Shown here: piece after piece, positions 27,215 to 37,819 of the stretch
Layout of the letters: every line of letters begins with the position of its first letter
Position numbering within the stretch: position 1 is the stretch's first letter
Assembly: GCA_913063435.1 (NCBI GenBank)
Contig: CAJXYI010000001.1
Location: forward strand, 4,527 to 68,526
DNA length: 64,000 nucleotides
Direction: 5' to 3'
Origin: an uncultured Actinomycetales bacterium
Lineage (GTDB): Bacteria > Actinomycetota > Actinomycetes > S36-B12
Notes under the pieces: model-generated
What the model was told of the DNA's origin: nothing
The model's database searches: none
Seen by the model: only the letters and a program-made list of their open reading frames with translations
Position numbers and translations under genes: made by a program

Positions 27215-29534
27215 CATCTGCGGTTGCCTTGCGCAACAGCCCCCTTGTCGACGGAACGCCTCCCAGCTTCCACCACGAAGCGAGACGCTGTAGTGGGGGC
27301 TGCGACCTGCTGATCGACCGCTGCACTCGAGACAACGCGTCATTCAGGTGCGACGGCGAGGGTGTGTCGGCCGGTGTCAGAGTCGGGGCGTACCGGGAGT
27401 GCTCCAACCACCACAGCAGCCGCAGCAGGGATTCCCAGCCGGCCTGATCGAAGGCGACCTCTCGACGCAGCCATCCCGCATAATCCCGGGGAGTGAACTC
27501 CTGGGAGGAGCCGATCCCGAAACGACGTGCGGTGTCGTTGACCTCCTGCCATGCACCCTCGATCCGTTCAGCGGGGACAGGTGCGTGAGTGCGACGGCGA
27601 CGACGCAACCAGCGCAGGACGAAGGGGCCGGCAATAGCACCGGTGAGGACGATGATGGCGATGAGCGGCCACACCGGAGGCAACGACGCCGACGGCGCGG
27701 CATTCGCACCCGGATCGATATCCACCGGTGGTGGAATCGGTGGTGCTGTCGGCTGCGGATCGGACTGGGGAGTGCGATCGGGAACATCGGAATACGACGG
27801 TGCGACTACTCCCGCATCCGTTCCATCGCTACGCGGGGTTGGTTCGAACCACACCCATCCCAGGCCGTCGAACCACAGTTCCGGCCACGCGTGAGCGTTG
27901 CGTCCCCGCACCGACCACGTGCCGTCGGCATTGCGGGTGCCAGAGGTGAAGCCGACGTTCACCCGAGCGGGAATCCCCAGGCTGCGGGCCATGAGCGCCA
28001 TCGAGGCGGCGAACTGTTCGCAGTATCCGATCCGCTCGGTGAGGAAAGCCGATACCGGGTTGTCACCGCCGCCAGCGTCGAGACTGGTGCTGTACGCGAA
28101 ACCACCGTCGACGGTGAACCACTTCTCCAGTGCCAGGGCCTGACGGTAGGGCGATGCTTCCCCTGCGGTCACCTGTCGAGCCAGGTCGGCGACCATGGGC
28201 GACAGATCAGCGGGCAGCTCGGTCAAGGCCGCGAGTTCAGCCGGCGGTGGACCGGTTGCCGAGCGCAGCTGGGCGCGGGTGGGTCGGATGTCGTACGCCG
28301 ACACGGTGTAGGTGGCGCCGGCAGCCGAGACATCCTGACTGCTCACGGTCCGAGTCGCTGGGTCCCAGGCCCACTGGTCACTGAGATCACCTCGCACGCT
28401 CGTGGCGGCGAAGGGAACGGGAAGTTGTCGATTCGTCAGGTCTGCGACCGAGAGGGTGTAGCTGTGTACGGAGACATCAGTGCCCTCGTCTCGGACCGGA
28501 GGCGGCAGCGGTTGAGTGAGGGGCAGCCTGACGGCGGACTCGCTCGAGCGCCAGGTGACCCCATCGAACTCCGTCAACGTCACCATGCGCAGATAACCGG
28601 GATCGTCGTCATCTGTGGTGTAGCGCACGACCTCCTGGCTGGAGTTGTTGACCAGGCTGCGGCGCAAGGACACGAAGGGATCCAGGCTCACCGGTCCGTC
28701 ACCGCTCGCGGTTCCGCCGGCGATGGCAGCGCCGCGACCGGTACCCCAGACCGGTTCGCTGAGCCCGGGGACAGCCAGCGGAGCCACCACGGCGATGGCG
28801 ATAGCCGCACCAGCGGCGGCGATCACGCGTGGATCGAAACCCAGGGATCGAGCCGGTCGTTGATGTGCCTGCGGACCAGCGAAGCGACGGGATGCAGTCG
28901 AGGTACGCGAGGCGAACGGCCCCCAGGACAGGATGGTGGCCCGGGCATCGACGAGAAGCAGGGTCAGCCATCCGCTCGCACCGATCGGAAGCAGCCACCA
29001 CGGCAGCCCGTTGGGAAGGATCGCGATCGGTAGGGAGGCCAGCACGAGCAACGGCGCCGCGGCGATGGCGGGCAGCCGCAGGGTGACGCCCAGGGCGTCC
29101 ACGGCGATAGCGATGACCCCGACCCCGCCCGCAGCGAGGAGCATGAGTTCGGGACTCGTGGGAACCGGGGGGATGAGGACCTCGGCCTCGCTGATACCGG
29201 CCTGCGCCAAGGACCGCAGGGCATCGATGGCGGTGGGGCCGGGCAGTACCCACCATGTTGCTGAGGGAAGGACGAACAGCCAGGTGAGCATCGTCACCCA
29301 CGCCAGTGCGGCAGCCACCGGATGAGCGACCGCGGGAAGGCCGAGGAACCGAAGCAGGACGCCGGTTGCGGTGATGGCGGCAACGACCAGCAGGACCGGG
29401 ATGAGGAACGAGGCGCTGTCGAAGAGGGGAAGCAGCGTCAAGGATGCGGTCATCGTGGCGAGTGCTGCGGCCAAGGACGACCCCAGCCGGGCTCGACGCC
29501 ATCGTGGGGTGGAAGCGGTGGCAGGGGGAGTCAT
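27150..29534 (-). CDS. Membrane transglutaminase-like protein (DUF3488 + TGase domain)
   Basis: N-terminal multi-TM, YLR...L.EFDG..W, GYCEQFA, GIPARV..GF, NAHAWPE.WF.G.GW..FEPTP; ATG 29534 overlaps the DUF58 stop. Confidence 0.88.
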   Translation of the reverse strand: MTPPATASTPRWRRARLGSSLAAALATMTASLTLLPLFDSASFLIPVLLVVAAITATGVLLRFLGLPAVAHPVAAALAWVTMLTWLFVLPSATWWVLPGPTAIDALRSLAQAGISEAEVLIPPVPTSPELMLLAAGGVGVIAIAVDALGVTLRLPAIAAAPLLVLASLPIAILPNGLPWWLLPIGASGWLTLLLVDARATILSWGPFASRTSTASRRFAGPQAHQRPARSLGFDPRVIAAAGAAIAIAVVAPLAVPGLSEPVWGTGRGAAIAGGTASGDGPVSLDPFVSLRRSLVNNSSQEVVRYTTDDDDPGYLRMVTLTEFDGVTWRSSESAVRLPLTQPLPPPVRDEGTDVSVHSYTLSVADLTNRQLPVPFAATSVRGDLSDQWAWDPATRTVSSQDVSAAGATYTVSAYDIRPTRAQLRSATGPPPAELAALTELPADLSPMVADLARQVTAGEASPYRQALALEKWFTVDGGFAYSTSLDAGGGDNPVSAFLTERIGYCEQFAASMALMARSLGIPARVNVGFTSGTRNADGTWSVRGRNAHAWPELWFDGLGWVWFEPTPRSDGTDAGVVAPSYSDVPDRTPQSDPQPTAPPIPPPVDIDPGANAAPSASLPPVWPLIAIIVLTGAIAGPFVLRWLRRRRRTHAPVPAERIEGAWQEVNDTARRFGIGSSQEFTPRDYAGWLRREVAFDQAGWESLLRLLWWLEHSRYAPTLTPADTPSPSHLNDALSRVQRSISRSQPPLQRLASWWKLGGVPSTRGLLRKATADVTDPGRVPVRVGAASDLPDGP

Positions 29535-30802
29535 CGGCGCCCGGCCATGGCATCGGTGGTGATCTCCCGCAGGCAATCCGCCCAGGCGTGCGACACGACG
29601 TCTGAGTTCGCAGCCTCGAATCGGGGGAGCGCGGCGGCCTGCCATCGTCCCGTGCGCGCCGCCTGCAGCGCGCTCGCGATGCTGCTTTCCTCGCCGGACC
29701 ATTCGGCCGGATCGATCACCAAGGCGACACCCAGATCGGCACTGCGCCGTGGGTGCTGGGTGGACAGCAGGCTCTCGATGTCCCCGGTCGCCGCCACGAT
29801 AGCGACGACAAAATCGGCGTTCCACGTCTGCGTCGTCGCCTGCTGGCCGGTGAGATTGTCTCGCGTGTCGATGACAGCCAGAGTGTCCAGGAGCAATGCC
29901 TGTCCCTCCCAGCCGCTCAGGCGAGATGTGAGCGGTTTGCCATCGAGGCCGACCACACTGATGTCGAATCCCGAATTCAGAAGGTGTACACCGACACTGG
30001 CGGCCGCGCTCAGTGCGTTCTCAAACGACGCGTGGGGCCCTGTGCCGGCATGAGCGCTGCGCCGGTCGTCGATGATGATGACAGCCTGTCGAGTCCAGGG
30101 TTGCTCTTCTCGTCGCACCATCATCTGCCCCGCGCGTGCGCTCGCTCGCCAGTGCACGCGGCGCAGGTCATCGCCCACGCGGTATTCGCGTGGAACGACG
30201 TCGTCGTCCCCGCGGGCTGCGAGTGCTGCCAGGGATGCATCGCCTCGTCCGAGATGCTCCGCATGGGGACTTCCCGCTGTCAGGGGCACCACCCGTGGCG
30301 TGACCAGGACGGCATCGACACCTCGAAATGATCGACGCAGGCGAACGAGGCCGAGGGGGTCGGGAGCGATCACCGAGAGAGGGCCGATGGTGAAGGCACC
30401 GCGACGTTGTGGGTGCACAGTCGTCACGATCCGACGCTGTTCGCCGGGGGCGAGAGCCGGGGTGATGCGGCGCGTGGTCTGACCCATGGAGGCAGGGATC
30501 GCATCGGCGAGCAGCAGGGTCGATGTGCGCCGGTGACCGACGTTCTCGATCGTGAGGATCAGTTCGGCCTGGTCACCGACGCAGATATTCCGGTCGGTTA
30601 CCTCACGGGTGCAGCCCAGGGCGAAACCCGTGCGTGCGACGAGTGCCAGGGACACCAGTGGCAGGAGGATGGCGACGAGGCCTACGCTGAGCAAGTCGCG
30701 TTGACCAGACAGAACAGCGCCCATACCCAAGCCCAGGCCCACCGCGATGAGGCCCTTACCTCGCAGGGTCAGGCTGTTGACGAGGACGCGCGCGCGCAAC
30801 AT
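29531..30802 (-). CDS. DUF58 (vWA-like) protein
   Basis: RRG.F.IGP, DPLGL, REYRVGDDLRRVHWRASAR.G.MMVRREE, FE.ALSAAAS. Confidence 0.9.
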   Translation of the reverse strand: MLRARVLVNSLTLRGKGLIAVGLGLGMGAVLSGQRDLLSVGLVAILLPLVSLALVARTGFALGCTREVTDRNICVGDQAELILTIENVGHRRTSTLLLADAIPASMGQTTRRITPALAPGEQRRIVTTVHPQRRGAFTIGPLSVIAPDPLGLVRLRRSFRGVDAVLVTPRVVPLTAGSPHAEHLGRGDASLAALAARGDDDVVPREYRVGDDLRRVHWRASARAGQMMVRREEQPWTRQAVIIIDDRRSAHAGTGPHASFENALSAAASVGVHLLNSGFDISVVGLDGKPLTSRLSGWEGQALLLDTLAVIDTRDNLTGQQATTQTWNADFVVAIVAATGDIESLLSTQHPRRSADLGVALVIDPAEWSGEESSIASALQAARTGRWQAAALPRFEAANSDVVSHAWADCLREITTDAMAGRR

Positions 30803-31768
30803 CTATCCGGCCGGCACCGGCACGGTTTGCAGGAGCGAGGAGATGACCTGGGTGGAGTCGATGCGCGACACCTGCGCGTCGGTCGTCGTGATCAGCCGAT
30901 GCGCCAGAACCGGTGCGGCGAGTTTCTGCACGTCATCGGGAAGGACGTAATCGCGCTGGGACAGGGCCGCCTGAGCTCGCGCCGCGCGCACCAGGTGCAG
31001 TGAAGCGCGTGGTGAAGCACCGAGTCGAACCCGTGGATCGGTTCTCGTCGCGTGCACGAGATCCACCACGTAGCGTTGGACGGCAGGGGATACGTGGACC
31101 CCGCGGACGGCGTCGACCATGGCCTGGACATCGGCCGCATCGGCGACCGGTGAGATGTCGGCGAGGGGATCGCTGCTGCCGTGACCGGTCAGCATCGCCA
31201 TCTCTGATTCCGCGTCGGGGTATCCCATCGTGATGCGCGCCATGAATCGGTCGCGCTGGGCTTCGGGCAGTGGATAGGTGCCTTCCATCTCCGCGGGGTT
31301 CTGCGTGGCGATGACCATGAACGGCTGAGCCAGCAGGTAGGTCGTTCCGTCGACGGTGACCTGACCCTCCTCCATGCACTCCAGGAGGGCCGATTGTGTT
31401 TTCGGTGATGCTCGATTGATCTCATCGCCGATGACGATGTGAGCGAACACGGCTCCTGGCTTGAATTCAAAATCACGTGTGTCGGCATTGAACACGCTCA
31501 CCCCGACGACATCGCTGGGGAGCAGGTCGGGGGTGAACTGGATGCGGCGCACCGAACAGCCGAGGCTGCGAGCGAGGGATTTGGCCAGCATGGTCTTGCC
31601 GACACCGGGCACATCCTCGATCAGGAGGTGCCCCCCGGCGAGCAGCACGATCAGGGCGGTGCGGACGGCATCGGGCTTGCCTGAGATCACCCCGGACACC
31701 GATCGACCGATCTGGGTGACCTGGTCCACGGCGAGCGCTGCGGGTGCCGGCGTCGATGTCGAGGTCAC
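30803..31768 (-). CDS. moxR: MoxR family AAA+ ATPase
   Basis: HLLIEDVPGVGKT, RIQFTPDLLPSD, DEINRASPKTQSALLE, ATQNP.E.EGTYPLPEAQRDRF, GASPRA. Confidence 0.95.
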   Translation of the reverse strand: MTSTSTPAPAALAVDQVTQIGRSVSGVISGKPDAVRTALIVLLAGGHLLIEDVPGVGKTMLAKSLARSLGCSVRRIQFTPDLLPSDVVGVSVFNADTRDFEFKPGAVFAHIVIGDEINRASPKTQSALLECMEEGQVTVDGTTYLLAQPFMVIATQNPAEMEGTYPLPEAQRDRFMARITMGYPDAESEMAMLTGHGSSDPLADISPVADAADVQAMVDAVRGVHVSPAVQRYVVDLVHATRTDPRVRLGASPRASLHLVRAARAQAALSQRDYVLPDDVQKLAAPVLAHRLITTTDAQVSRIDSTQVISSLLQTVPVPAG

Positions 31769-31846
31769 CCTTGATTGTCACCCGAGCGCGTATGGCACGC
31801 CACCCCGGGGCGCTGGGTGCGGAAGGAATGCGACAGGATCATCCCT

Positions 31847-32374
31847 ATGACAACCGTGCATCCGGCCGAGCTCGGCCGCTTCTTCGAGGATTACACCGTC
31901 GGCGATGTCTACCAGCACCCCTTCGGTCGGACGATCTCAGAGGCAGATTCCACCTGGTTCACCCAATTGACGTGCAACACCAACCAGAACCACTTCAACG
32001 CCCACCTGGCGCAGAGCAACCCCATAACCGGCGGCCGGGTCATCGTCAACTCGGGTTTCACGGTGGCGCTCGTCCTGGGCCTGTCGGTGATCGACATGAG
32101 CCAGAATGCGGTGGCGAACCTGGGATGGACCGACATCAAGCTGACGCACCCGGTCTATATCGGTGACACGCTGTATGCAGAGAGCATCTGCACGGATAAG
32201 CGTGAGAGCTCCTCGCGAGAGGGAATGGGCATCATCACGATGAAGACCCGCGGCCTCAACCAGGATGGTGACGAGATCGTGTCCTGGACCCGCTCGGTCA
32301 TGATCCCCAAGCGAGAGACCGGCATCGGACAGAACTACTTCCCCGAGGCCAAGACGGGGCCGCTGTCGAACTGA
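31847..32374 (+). CDS. MaoC family (R-specific enoyl-CoA) dehydratase
   Basis: GRFFEDYTVGD.Y.H..GRTISEAD..WF..LT.N, ANLGW, PVYIGDTLYAES, GLNQDG. Confidence 0.88.
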   Translation: MTTVHPAELGRFFEDYTVGDVYQHPFGRTISEADSTWFTQLTCNTNQNHFNAHLAQSNPITGGRVIVNSGFTVALVLGLSVIDMSQNAVANLGWTDIKLTHPVYIGDTLYAESICTDKRESSSREGMGIITMKTRGLNQDGDEIVSWTRSVMIPKRETGIGQNYFPEAKTGPLSN

Positions 32375-32393
32375 ACCAGTTCGACAGCGGGGC

Positions 32394-33128
32394 TCAGTTC
32401 ACGGGGCCTATCGGTAGCCGGGTTTCCACCGCCGTACCGCCGACGGACTCCACCCGGTAGGCCGCGGGCCCATCGTCGGGATCGGCATCGGGGATGTCAC
32501 TGACGACCTCGACGGCCTCATCGCCCTCGTACCAGATGCCCACGCGATCATCCGTGGCATACGACGTGGGGAGTGTTCCCTCGGCGACGCTGCGCTGCAG
32601 GAGCGGGCGTCGTTGCTCCTCGCTGTCGTAGTGCACTCCGTTGCCGAAGGGCAGCATGCCCAGTGCATCGGTCACCACTTCCAGCGTGGGACCGAAGGAA
32701 TCGGTCGGTCCTCCGACGTGCCAGCAGATCGAGCCCGCGCTCACTCCGGCCAGGATCGTGCCGCGTTCTGCTGCCGCACGCATCGCGGTGTCCACCCCGT
32801 GCAGACGCCACAGGGAGAGCAGATTCGCCACGCTTCCGCCGCCGACCCACACCAGGTCGCTGCGAGCCAGGATCTCCTCGGGATCTCGATTGGGCATCGT
32901 GAACAGTGCGAGGTGATCGACATCGCAGCCCACGGATGCCAGCGCTGCATAGGAGCGGGACAGATACGACGCATCGTCTCCGCTCGCCGTCATCACCAGG
33001 CACACGCGAGGTCGCTGCGCTCCGGTTCGTCGCAGTGCATCGACAAGCATGGGTCCAGGTTTCATCACACCCCACCGATCGGTGGGCAGGAAACCAGCGC
33101 TGGTGGCCAGGATGCGACGGGTGGTCAT
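32394..33128 (-). CDS. pepE: Peptidase E (S51 family)
   Basis: TASGD, VWVGGGSVANLL..WR.HG, GVSAGSICW, TDSFG, HYDSEEQRRP. Confidence 0.88.
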   Translation of the reverse strand: MTTRRILATSAGFLPTDRWGVMKPGPMLVDALRRTGAQRPRVCLVMTASGDDASYLSRSYAALASVGCDVDHLALFTMPNRDPEEILARSDLVWVGGGSVANLLSLWRLHGVDTAMRAAAERGTILAGVSAGSICWHVGGPTDSFGPTLEVVTDALGMLPFGNGVHYDSEEQRRPLLQRSVAEGTLPTSYATDDRVGIWYEGDEAVEVVSDIPDADPDDGPAAYRVESVGGTAVETRLPIGPVN

Positions 33129-34432
33129 GAGACTCCTTCATGATCGTGGTAGGTCGAGCTGGTCGCGCGCACATCGGTCAAGACAGCCTCAGCTGCACGA
33201 CGGCCGCTGACCAATGCTCCCTGGATGCTCGCCGTATCCCGATGATCACCGGCGACGTAGATCCCATCACGCACCCGCACCGGTTGACGGACATCGAGAG
33301 GGACGTTCATGGCGGGCAGCGCGTATGGGATGGGATAGGTGGCCAGGTGGTCCCACCGTCGGGTGTCGGCATCGAGGAGTCGGCCCAGATGCTGGCGGGC
33401 AGCGGATTGGGCCGCGGGATCGGTGTGCACGCCTAGGGCGGAGCACGACACCAGTGCCTCTCCCGAGGGTGCATACTCCGGTGCGGCGTTGCTCAGCACG
33501 ACGGCGTTGACCAGGGGTCCGCGACCGAGACCGTCGAGCACGAGGACCCCGCTCCCATCGGTCAATGTCGATCCCGCAACATCGGGTCGGTAGTACCACG
33601 TCGTCACCGCGCGAGCCTGCGGAGGCGTGATCGACGGTGCCAGGCGGCTGGCGGTCGTCGGATCCGTGGCGATGATGACCGCACGGCAATCGATGCGGCC
33701 ACGTGATGTGCGCACGCTGTTCTCTCCGACCTCGGTCACCGTGGTGTGCAGGTGGACCGGCACCGGGAGAGCGGCGGTCAACTGCTGTGGGATAGCAGCC
33801 ATACCGGTCGCGGGAACCGACGGTGTGCCGCGGATGAACGACCGCAGGACCAAATCGGCGAATCGTCGTGATGTGCCCAGTTCGGACTCCAGGAAGACTC
33901 CGGACAGGAACGGGCGAACGAGGCGCTGCATCAGGCGGTCATCGACGCCGGCGGATCGCAGTGCCTCCTCCGTCGTCATATCCGGCTCGGCGCGTAACGC
34001 GGCCGCAGAGCGTAGCGATCTGCTGAGTGCATAGACCGCGAAACGCAGTTCACCGGCGAGACCGCCCAGCGGTGCGGTCATCGTGCTCCAAAGCCACCTC
34101 GGCTGCCGCCTCGGATCGGCTATCCGGTACGTCCGAGCTCCGAGGGAAACCTGTGCTCCGGCGGTGAAGGCCCGCAGGTCCAGTGCAGCGTGATCGAGCA
34201 CACGCCGGCCTTCAGGATAGGCGGGGTTGTACAGCTGGAAACCTCGATCGAGGCGGAACCCGTCGACGAGATCGGTGCGAATCCGACCGCCGACATCATC
34301 GGAGGCTTCCACGACGCAGATGTCGAGGTCGGTGGCACCTAGGCGGCGAGCAGCGGCCAATCCGGCGAGTCCGGCACCCACGATGACGACGTCGGCGCGA
34401 CGGGGCAGTGGCGTAGCGTCCGGGATTGCCAT
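33125..34432 (-). CDS. FAD-dependent oxidoreductase (amine oxidase / phytoene desaturase-like)
   Basis: DVVIVGAGLAGLAAA, EASDDVGGRIRTD..DGFRLDRGFQ, AGDHR.TASIQGALVSGRRAA; TAGCGT -10 seven nt before ATG 34432. Confidence 0.88.
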   Translation of the reverse strand: MAIPDATPLPRRADVVIVGAGLAGLAAARRLGATDLDICVVEASDDVGGRIRTDLVDGFRLDRGFQLYNPAYPEGRRVLDHAALDLRAFTAGAQVSLGARTYRIADPRRQPRWLWSTMTAPLGGLAGELRFAVYALSRSLRSAAALRAEPDMTTEEALRSAGVDDRLMQRLVRPFLSGVFLESELGTSRRFADLVLRSFIRGTPSVPATGMAAIPQQLTAALPVPVHLHTTVTEVGENSVRTSRGRIDCRAVIIATDPTTASRLAPSITPPQARAVTTWYYRPDVAGSTLTDGSGVLVLDGLGRGPLVNAVVLSNAAPEYAPSGEALVSCSALGVHTDPAAQSAARQHLGRLLDADTRRWDHLATYPIPYALPAMNVPLDVRQPVRVRDGIYVAGDHRDTASIQGALVSGRRAAEAVLTDVRATSSTYHDHEGVS

Positions 34433-34506
34433 GGTGGCGACGCTATCGCGATCGGGGGCTGTGGATGACGAACGCGTGCCGCTGCGATTCCTCGCAGAAT
34501 GTCGGC

Positions 34507-35445
34507 ATGGATGATCATCAGTCACCGAGAGCGGCGAGGTGCGATGCCGATGCACCGACAGGACCGATACCCACGGTCGGATGGATGCGACCGGAGGCGG
34601 CAGCTCGGATCGAGACGATCGTGGTGCCTACGAGTGATCATGCTTGGCAGGTCCAACGTGTGATCTCGCTCGCGCTTCGTCGTGGCGCGGACCGCCTTCA
34701 TGTCGGTGAGGGAATATGTGCTGTCGTCGACGCCCGACCCATGTCCGGGGGTGTCGGCGTCGATCTGCTCGTACCTGCGGATGCACGACACCTTGACGAG
34801 GTGGGTGCGGGTGATGTCAGTGGTCGGCTGTTCGCCGGACAACTGTCAGTCGATGGCTTGCAGCGGCTGCTGACCCCGATCGTGGAATCCCTGTGCCTCC
34901 TGCACGATGCGGGATTGGCCCATGGCGGCATCACCATGTCGGCTGTCCACAGTCGCAGCGATGGCCGCGGTGTCCTCGTGGGCTTCGATCCGCAGGCACG
35001 AATGGATGACGACGTGGCAGATGTCGCAACGCTCATCCTCGATCACCTGCCCACCGGCAGCATCGATGGACAGGCGGCCGCGGTGTTGACGCGGGCGGTG
35101 GATAGGGATCCGCACCGGACACCCACCATGGTCGACCTCGCCCAGGTGCTGTCCAGGCTCGGGCGCGGTGTCGTGCCTGTGTCGTCGCGACGGGTGGATT
35201 CACCGCCCGCGCGTCGGCGGCTGGTTGACGCATCCGGTGTGCCGGTGCCGGAATCGATCATCGGTAGTGCCGGAGCACCTGAGGTCATCGACCCGATCAG
35301 GCGGATGCGCGGGAACCTCCCACACCGCCAGGGTCATCGTGGCGAACATCGTGCGCGCCGAGCCCGATCGGTGCCGTGGCCGCTGGTGTCGGCTGCCGCC
35401 GGATCCTCCGTGGTGACCTGGCTGATCGCTTCAGTCGTCATGTGA
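34507..35445 (+). CDS. Degenerate Hanks-type kinase-fold protein (probable pseudokinase) with C-terminal hydrophobic tail
   Basis: SLCLLHDAGLAHGGITMSAV...DGRGVLVGFD, DDVADVA, RAVDRDPHRTPT align by eye to kinase subdomains VIa-VII, IX and XI but lack HRD/DFG residues. Confidence 0.6.
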   Translation: MDDHQSPRAARCDADAPTGPIPTVGWMRPEAAARIETIVVPTSDHAWQVQRVISLALRRGADRLHVGEGICAVVDARPMSGGVGVDLLVPADARHLDEVGAGDVSGRLFAGQLSVDGLQRLLTPIVESLCLLHDAGLAHGGITMSAVHSRSDGRGVLVGFDPQARMDDDVADVATLILDHLPTGSIDGQAAAVLTRAVDRDPHRTPTMVDLAQVLSRLGRGVVPVSSRRVDSPPARRRLVDASGVPVPESIIGSAGAPEVIDPIRRMRGNLPHRQGHRGEHRARRARSVPWPLVSAAAGSSVVTWLIASVVM

Positions 35446-35472
35446 TCCCCGACGTGAGGTGCGATGAGTGGA

Positions 35473-36363
35473 TTACAGCGTCGCGCGGATCGCCTCGTCG
35501 ATGCTGGGATCGGACCAGGCGAAATCCTGGCGTTCGAGCACCGTGGGGATCACCCGCTGGCTGCCGAGGACATCGTCGGAGAACTCGCCGAGGGCGATCT
35601 TGAGGGCGAACGCCGGAACGGGCAGAACCGTGGGGCGCCCAAGAACGCGACCCATCGCAGCGGTGACCTCGGCATTGGTCACCGGTGCGGGTGCGGTGAG
35701 GTTCACCGGGCCGGAGTACGCCTCGTCTTCGAGAAGGGTGATCAACGCGTTCACTTCATCACGCAGGGAGATGAACGACCAATACTGATGTCCTGATCCG
35801 ATCTTGCCGCCCAGGCCGAGTCGGAAGATGGGTAGGAGTCGTTTCCACGCTCCGCCCTGGTCACTGACCACCAGTCCCGTGCGGGCGAAAGCGACTCGGA
35901 TTCCGGCGTCCTGGGCGGGTGCGGCAGCGGCTTCCCACTGGGCGACGACATCGGCGAGGAATCCTGCACCCTGGGGTGAGGTCTCGGTGACCTCCCGGTC
36001 ACCGGTGTCGCCGTAGTACCCGATCGCCGAACCACTCACGAGGACGCGCGGCTTGGGTTCGAGGTGTGCCATCGCCCGGGCGATCGTGTCGGTTCCGTTC
36101 ACGCGTGACAGCAGGATCATGCGCTTGTAGGCAGGCGTCCATCTCTTGTCACCGACCCCGGCTCCGGCCAGATGGATGATCCCCTCGACTCCGTTCAGCG
36201 CGGCGAGATCGACCTCGCCGGTCTCGGGATCCCAGCGGATCTCATCCGGTGCGCTGGGTGCTCGGCGAACCAGACGCACCACGTCGTGCCCTCGATCCTT
36301 GAGAACCGGAACGAGTGCGGAGCCGATCAGGCCGGAGGCACCGGTGACGCCGACGCGCATCAT
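35473..36363 (-). CDS. TIGR01777 family NAD(P)-binding oxidoreductase/epimerase
   Basis: [57 protein letters not shown]. Confidence 0.92.
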   Translation of the reverse strand: MMRVGVTGASGLIGSALVPVLKDRGHDVVRLVRRAPSAPDEIRWDPETGEVDLAALNGVEGIIHLAGAGVGDKRWTPAYKRMILLSRVNGTDTIARAMAHLEPKPRVLVSGSAIGYYGDTGDREVTETSPQGAGFLADVVAQWEAAAAPAQDAGIRVAFARTGLVVSDQGGAWKRLLPIFRLGLGGKIGSGHQYWSFISLRDEVNALITLLEDEAYSGPVNLTAPAPVTNAEVTAAMGRVLGRPTVLPVPAFALKIALGEFSDDVLGSQRVIPTVLERQDFAWSDPSIDEAIRATL

Positions 36364-37781
36364 GCCCCCAGGTCGGTGAAGGCGGCTTCTTCGAGTCGGG
36401 TCTTGATCGCGGTGAGGAAGCGCGCAGCGTCAGCACCATCCACGAGGCGATGGTCGTAGGTGAGTGCCAGGTACACCATGGAGCGCACGGCGATGACATC
36501 GCCGCCGGTCTCGTCAGCGACGACGACCGGTCGCTTGACGACCGACCCGGTGCCCAGGATCGCCACCTGGGGCTGATTGATGATCGGGGTGTCGAACAGT
36601 GCGCCACGACTACCGGTATTGGTGACGGTGAACGTGCCGCCTGACAATTCATCGGGAGCGACCTTGTTCGTGCGGGTGCGCTCGGCGACGTCTGCGATGC
36701 GTCGGGCCATTCCCGCCACATTGAGGTCGCCTGCGCCGCGGACCACCGGAACGAGCAATCCGCGATCGGTGTCGACGGCGACACCGAGATTGACATCGCC
36801 GTGATAGGTGATGGTGCCCGCGGCCATGTCCAAGGAGGCATTGACCTGCGGGTACGCGGCGAGGGCCTCGACCGCTGCGATGGCGAAGAAGGGCAGGAAG
36901 GTCAGCTTCACGCCCTCGCGGCGCTCGAAATCGACCTTCATGCGATCGCGCAGAGCAGCGACGCGTGTGACATCCACCTCGACCACGGTGGTCAGTTGGG
37001 CGGATACCTGCAGCGATTCGGTCATCCGCTCGGCGATCACCCGGCGCAGCCGGGTCATGGGTGCGGTGGTGCCCCGCAGCGCGGCAGCCTGTGGCGAGGC
37101 GGCTACCGGTGCACTCGTCGCGGGGGCGGCCGGGGCGGACGTCGCTGCGGACGACGCGGCCGTGGTGCTGGACGCGGCGGTGGCCTGAGCAGCCTGAGCA
37201 GCCTGCGCTGCGGCGAGGACGTCGGCTTTGCGGATGCGCCCGCCCACCCCGGTTCCGGTGACCTGGGACAGGTCGACCCCGTTCTGGGTGGCGAGTTTGC
37301 GCACCAGCGGAGTGACGTAGGGCTCCGCATCCGCCGAGCCGGGCGAGGTGGTCGTCGCCGCCTGCGGGGATGCCGGTGCAGCCGCAGCAGCCGCAGCTGG
37401 TGGAGGAGTCGGTGCTGATGGTGCGGGTGCCGGTGGTGTCGGAGCCGGCGGTGTGGGAGCCGGTGGTGTGGGAGCCGATGGTGGAGTCGGGGCGGCAGCG
37501 GCAGGCGCTGGTGCCGTGGCTGCAGGTGCGGGGGTGGAAGCACCGGCGGCACCGATGACGCCGAGCTGTCCACCGACCTCGACGGTGGCGTCCTCGGGCG
37601 CGTCGATCGACAGGAGGACGCCGCTGGCGGGTGCGGGGATCTCGGTGTCGACCTTGTCGGTGGAGACCTCCAGCAGCGGCTCGTCGGCCAACACGGTGTC
37701 GCCGACGGCCTTCAGCCAGCGAGTGACCGTCCCTTCGGTGACGCTCTCCCCGAGCTGGGGCATCGTGACCGGTACCGACAT
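36360..37781 (-). CDS. sucB: 2-oxoacid dehydrogenase E2 dihydrolipoamide acyltransferase (DlaT/SucB)
   Basis: Lipoyl domain [10 protein letters not shown], Pro/Ala linker, E3-binding [10 protein letters not shown]...[11 protein letters not shown], catalytic YDHRLVDG. Confidence 0.95.
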   Translation of the reverse strand: MSVPVTMPQLGESVTEGTVTRWLKAVGDTVLADEPLLEVSTDKVDTEIPAPASGVLLSIDAPEDATVEVGGQLGVIGAAGASTPAPAATAPAPAAAAPTPPSAPTPPAPTPPAPTPPAPAPSAPTPPPAAAAAAAPASPQAATTTSPGSADAEPYVTPLVRKLATQNGVDLSQVTGTGVGGRIRKADVLAAAQAAQAAQATAASSTTAASSAATSAPAAPATSAPVAASPQAAALRGTTAPMTRLRRVIAERMTESLQVSAQLTTVVEVDVTRVAALRDRMKVDFERREGVKLTFLPFFAIAAVEALAAYPQVNASLDMAAGTITYHGDVNLGVAVDTDRGLLVPVVRGAGDLNVAGMARRIADVAERTRTNKVAPDELSGGTFTVTNTGSRGALFDTPIINQPQVAILGTGSVVKRPVVVADETGGDVIAVRSMVYLALTYDHRLVDGADAARFLTAIKTRLEEAAFTDLGA

Positions 37782-37819
37782 GGGGTCTCCTTCGCGGGTG
37801 TGGCGGTGCAGCGAGTGGT

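Noticed and set aside
37380-37540. 15-bp quasi-repeats encoding PPAPT units
   Set aside because: Ordinary Pro/Ala linker of the E2 acyltransferase.
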